A stretch of 64,000 bases of DNA, from the IMG/VR virus record IMGVR_UViG_3300014205_000185, positions 53,994 to 117,993 of that record; one strand, 5' to 3'. This document shows, piece by piece, positions 63,401 to 64,000 of this stretch (position 1 is the first letter of the stretch; the number at the start of each line of letters is the position of its first letter). Below the pieces are notes generated by a model that was not told where the DNA came from, did no database searches, and saw nothing but the letters and a program-made list of their open reading frames with translations. Made by a program: the position numbers and the translations under genes. The DNA comes from a virus (taxonomy: Duplodnaviria; Caudoviricetes).

Positions 63401-63863
63401 GGAACCGAGTCACGTCACCTTCGTGGCTGGAGCGTAGGAAGGACTTCCTGTCGCGGTGCTCCCAAGTCACCCATTGATGCTCGGAGCAGGCGTCAATGGT
63501 GGAGCCGTCAGAGAACGTGATCCGGTAGGCGGTCGCTGGAGTCTGATTAAAGACGGCAGTGACCGTACATGGCGCCCCGGTCTCATCGAAGACTTGATCC
63601 CCAATCTCAAGGTCGCCCATCTTCCTGAACCCACTGGGCGTTGGGATCGGGGTAGAGAGAGCCACTGCCTTGCCCCACCCGCGCCCGGCGAGTGCCAGAC
63701 AGACGAACCAGTTGCCAGGCGGAGGAACCTGCTCGGGACGAGCTACCCACCACCATTCCCCCCGGGCCATTTCCTCGACGAGATATGGCGGTTGTTGAGT
63801 GAGCCAGTCGAGGCGTTCCCTTTCGGGTAATGCCGCAACTCGATCCTGTAATGACAGCCCCAT
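60495..63863 (-). CDS. terL: terminase large subunit with two inteins
   Basis: LAGRGWGK|S Walker A, AWLDE Walker B, TTTPKP, GSTFDN, GRQELYGE, VGVDP, SPDRLDALVHA. Confidence 0.93.
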   Translation of the reverse strand: MGLSLQDRVAALPERERLDWLTQQPPYLVEEMARGEWWWVARPEQVPPPGNWFVCLALAGRGWGKAVALSTPIPTPSGFRKMGDLEIGDQVFDETGAPCTVTAVFNQTPATAYRITFSDGSTIDACSEHQWVTWEHRDRKSFLRSSHEGDVTRFPTDWANWRPLRQRGATLRRDESGAGPRIRTTQDIVNTMTYGSRGDLNHCIPVAGPLQLPDADLPIDPWLLGYWLGNGSTNSGELVGNAQDADHVQRRIVAGQFDARLTQESGGSFRGSPYGLVTLLRKLGVLGMKHVPEQYLWASPRQRMELLAGLMDSDGYGEASKVEFSSVRRELAEAVAFLARSLSQKAVLHEGRAILNGVDHGPSFRVTWRPTFNPFSSPRKAAKYAPTNSQSLRNHHRMITAVEPIDPTPMRCITVDSPNSMYLIGESMIPTHNSRAGSEWVVNQVLKHPYDNRGASTEWLVIAETLSDARTICMEGPAGILQVLNRRKIRHRYKMSPRPMVLFPSGAKIYTEGADDPDVGRGYNASGAWLDECVAEGELVTTARGAIPIEQVRIGDLALTRAGFRRVTDAWVVSESTSVIRIVTDSGAVVVTPTHLVWTHRGWKNAKDVVPGDSMVTCLRQMDTNPLSPAPSPPSMTGTANAGTSTSAWAITSIEPAPSFTGLSGSKSTARSRTATRSITSIAAGGTIAWRTSNSLLLQHTNDSLARNEMIPPGLRGDLNEPALALLPIGSGASLGKLSARSAEWFTSAPACAPSGAGSRADPPPSAKLSQTRVLAVEKVSAPAKVYDLTIDGQPEFFAGGLLVHNCVKWRTPRRSWYEGIMPSLRADLVGDHPRAFVTTTPKPIDLIQEWLKRDDGTVHLMRGSTFDNQANLSALVIQELKRRYEGTAVGRQELYGEVIEAFDGALFARLDIENGRVDDIPDDIIATVVGVDPSLTGEDDEMGIVVVSRDRQKHLYVQADKSAMAVGRAAALAAWRIVAEFGADKLVCEENLGKRWMQQVFHDAYFELVGQGLFPAGSKPPLVRIDTKIGKKTRAEPVAMRCEQGRLHMVGHMPKLEDQMSTFTGWGTNESPDRLDALVHACRYLMDGEKKEARIASPRDALSSTLQSLWQDAGSYNSGGF
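61446..62267 (-). mobile_element. intein 2 (274 aa) at Walker B
   Basis: CVAEGELVTT...TPTH...VYDLTIDGQPEFFAGGLLVHN|C. Confidence 0.9.
61501..62013 (-). CDS. HNH homing endonuclease overprinted in intein 2
   Basis: LHRSLW...GPIPDGHEVNHINRCRWDDRLENLELL...H; C-terminal CAECG..WCGQSC. Confidence 0.8.
   Translation of the reverse strand: MSSPNGYEPPVASAEPAFYDWDGERWYFNKRMGYHLNRAGSLLHRSLWIKVHGPIPDGHEVNHINRCRWDDRLENLELLTVAAHQRLTCAQRDDPAWTEGRSERTSAGLTAYWQRREPREVVCAECGVVYLSTGMRAKWCGQSCRSAAQRKAQSDARARRREGLRSREGL
62565..63668 (-). mobile_element. intein 1 (368 aa), class 3-type, LAGLIDADG, in Walker A
   Basis: AVALSTPIPTP; HQW; LLGYWLGNG and LLAGLMDSDG; RCITVD...PTHN|S. Confidence 0.9.
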
Positions 63864-64000
63864 ATCCCCCAAGTTAAACCCCAAACCCAACCCTTGTCGA
63901 TCTTCAACCCAACAAACCTCGCGCCCACTTTCCCCTACCCCCTTCCTCCCGGAAGTTGATCTCCCAGGACTTGATCTTTCAGGAATAGCGTTTCGGTGCT

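Overview
64 kb of a GC-rich tailed actinobacteriophage or prophage. The host is probably a filamentous actinomycete, possibly Micromonosporaceae (inference). The minus strand carries the virion module: terminase with two inteins (60.5-63.9 kb), then, after a ~20 kb mostly plus-strand island, portal, MuF, two capsid-maturation-protease-like genes, a 4309-aa multi-enzyme protein, separate hexamer/pentamer-type capsid genes, tail genes, tape measure, and a sugar-nucleotide/glycosyltransferase cluster. The island holds ~41 tRNA genes covering all 20 amino acids, several non-canonical tRNA-like RNAs, HNH nucleases, a nucleotidyltransferase, a phosphoesterase, an NlpC/P60-like endolysin and three MmpS-like surface proteins. 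Most notable: (1) the giant head-module protein combining three ADP-ribosyltransferase-like domains, a NUDT9-type Nudix hydrolase, a kinase, a zinc peptidase and DNA-binding modules; (2) a ~400-nt structured RNA with a circularly permuted tRNA domain and a second tRNA mimic directly behind a conserved protein gene; (3) an 80-nt tmRNA reduced to its tRNA-like domain; (4) a phage-encoded branched-sugar pathway; (5) an HNH gene overprinted in another frame inside an intein; (6) a 14-bp palindromic operator-like motif seen seven times, mostly inside promoter spacers. All family assignments are by eye from motifs; no database searches were run.
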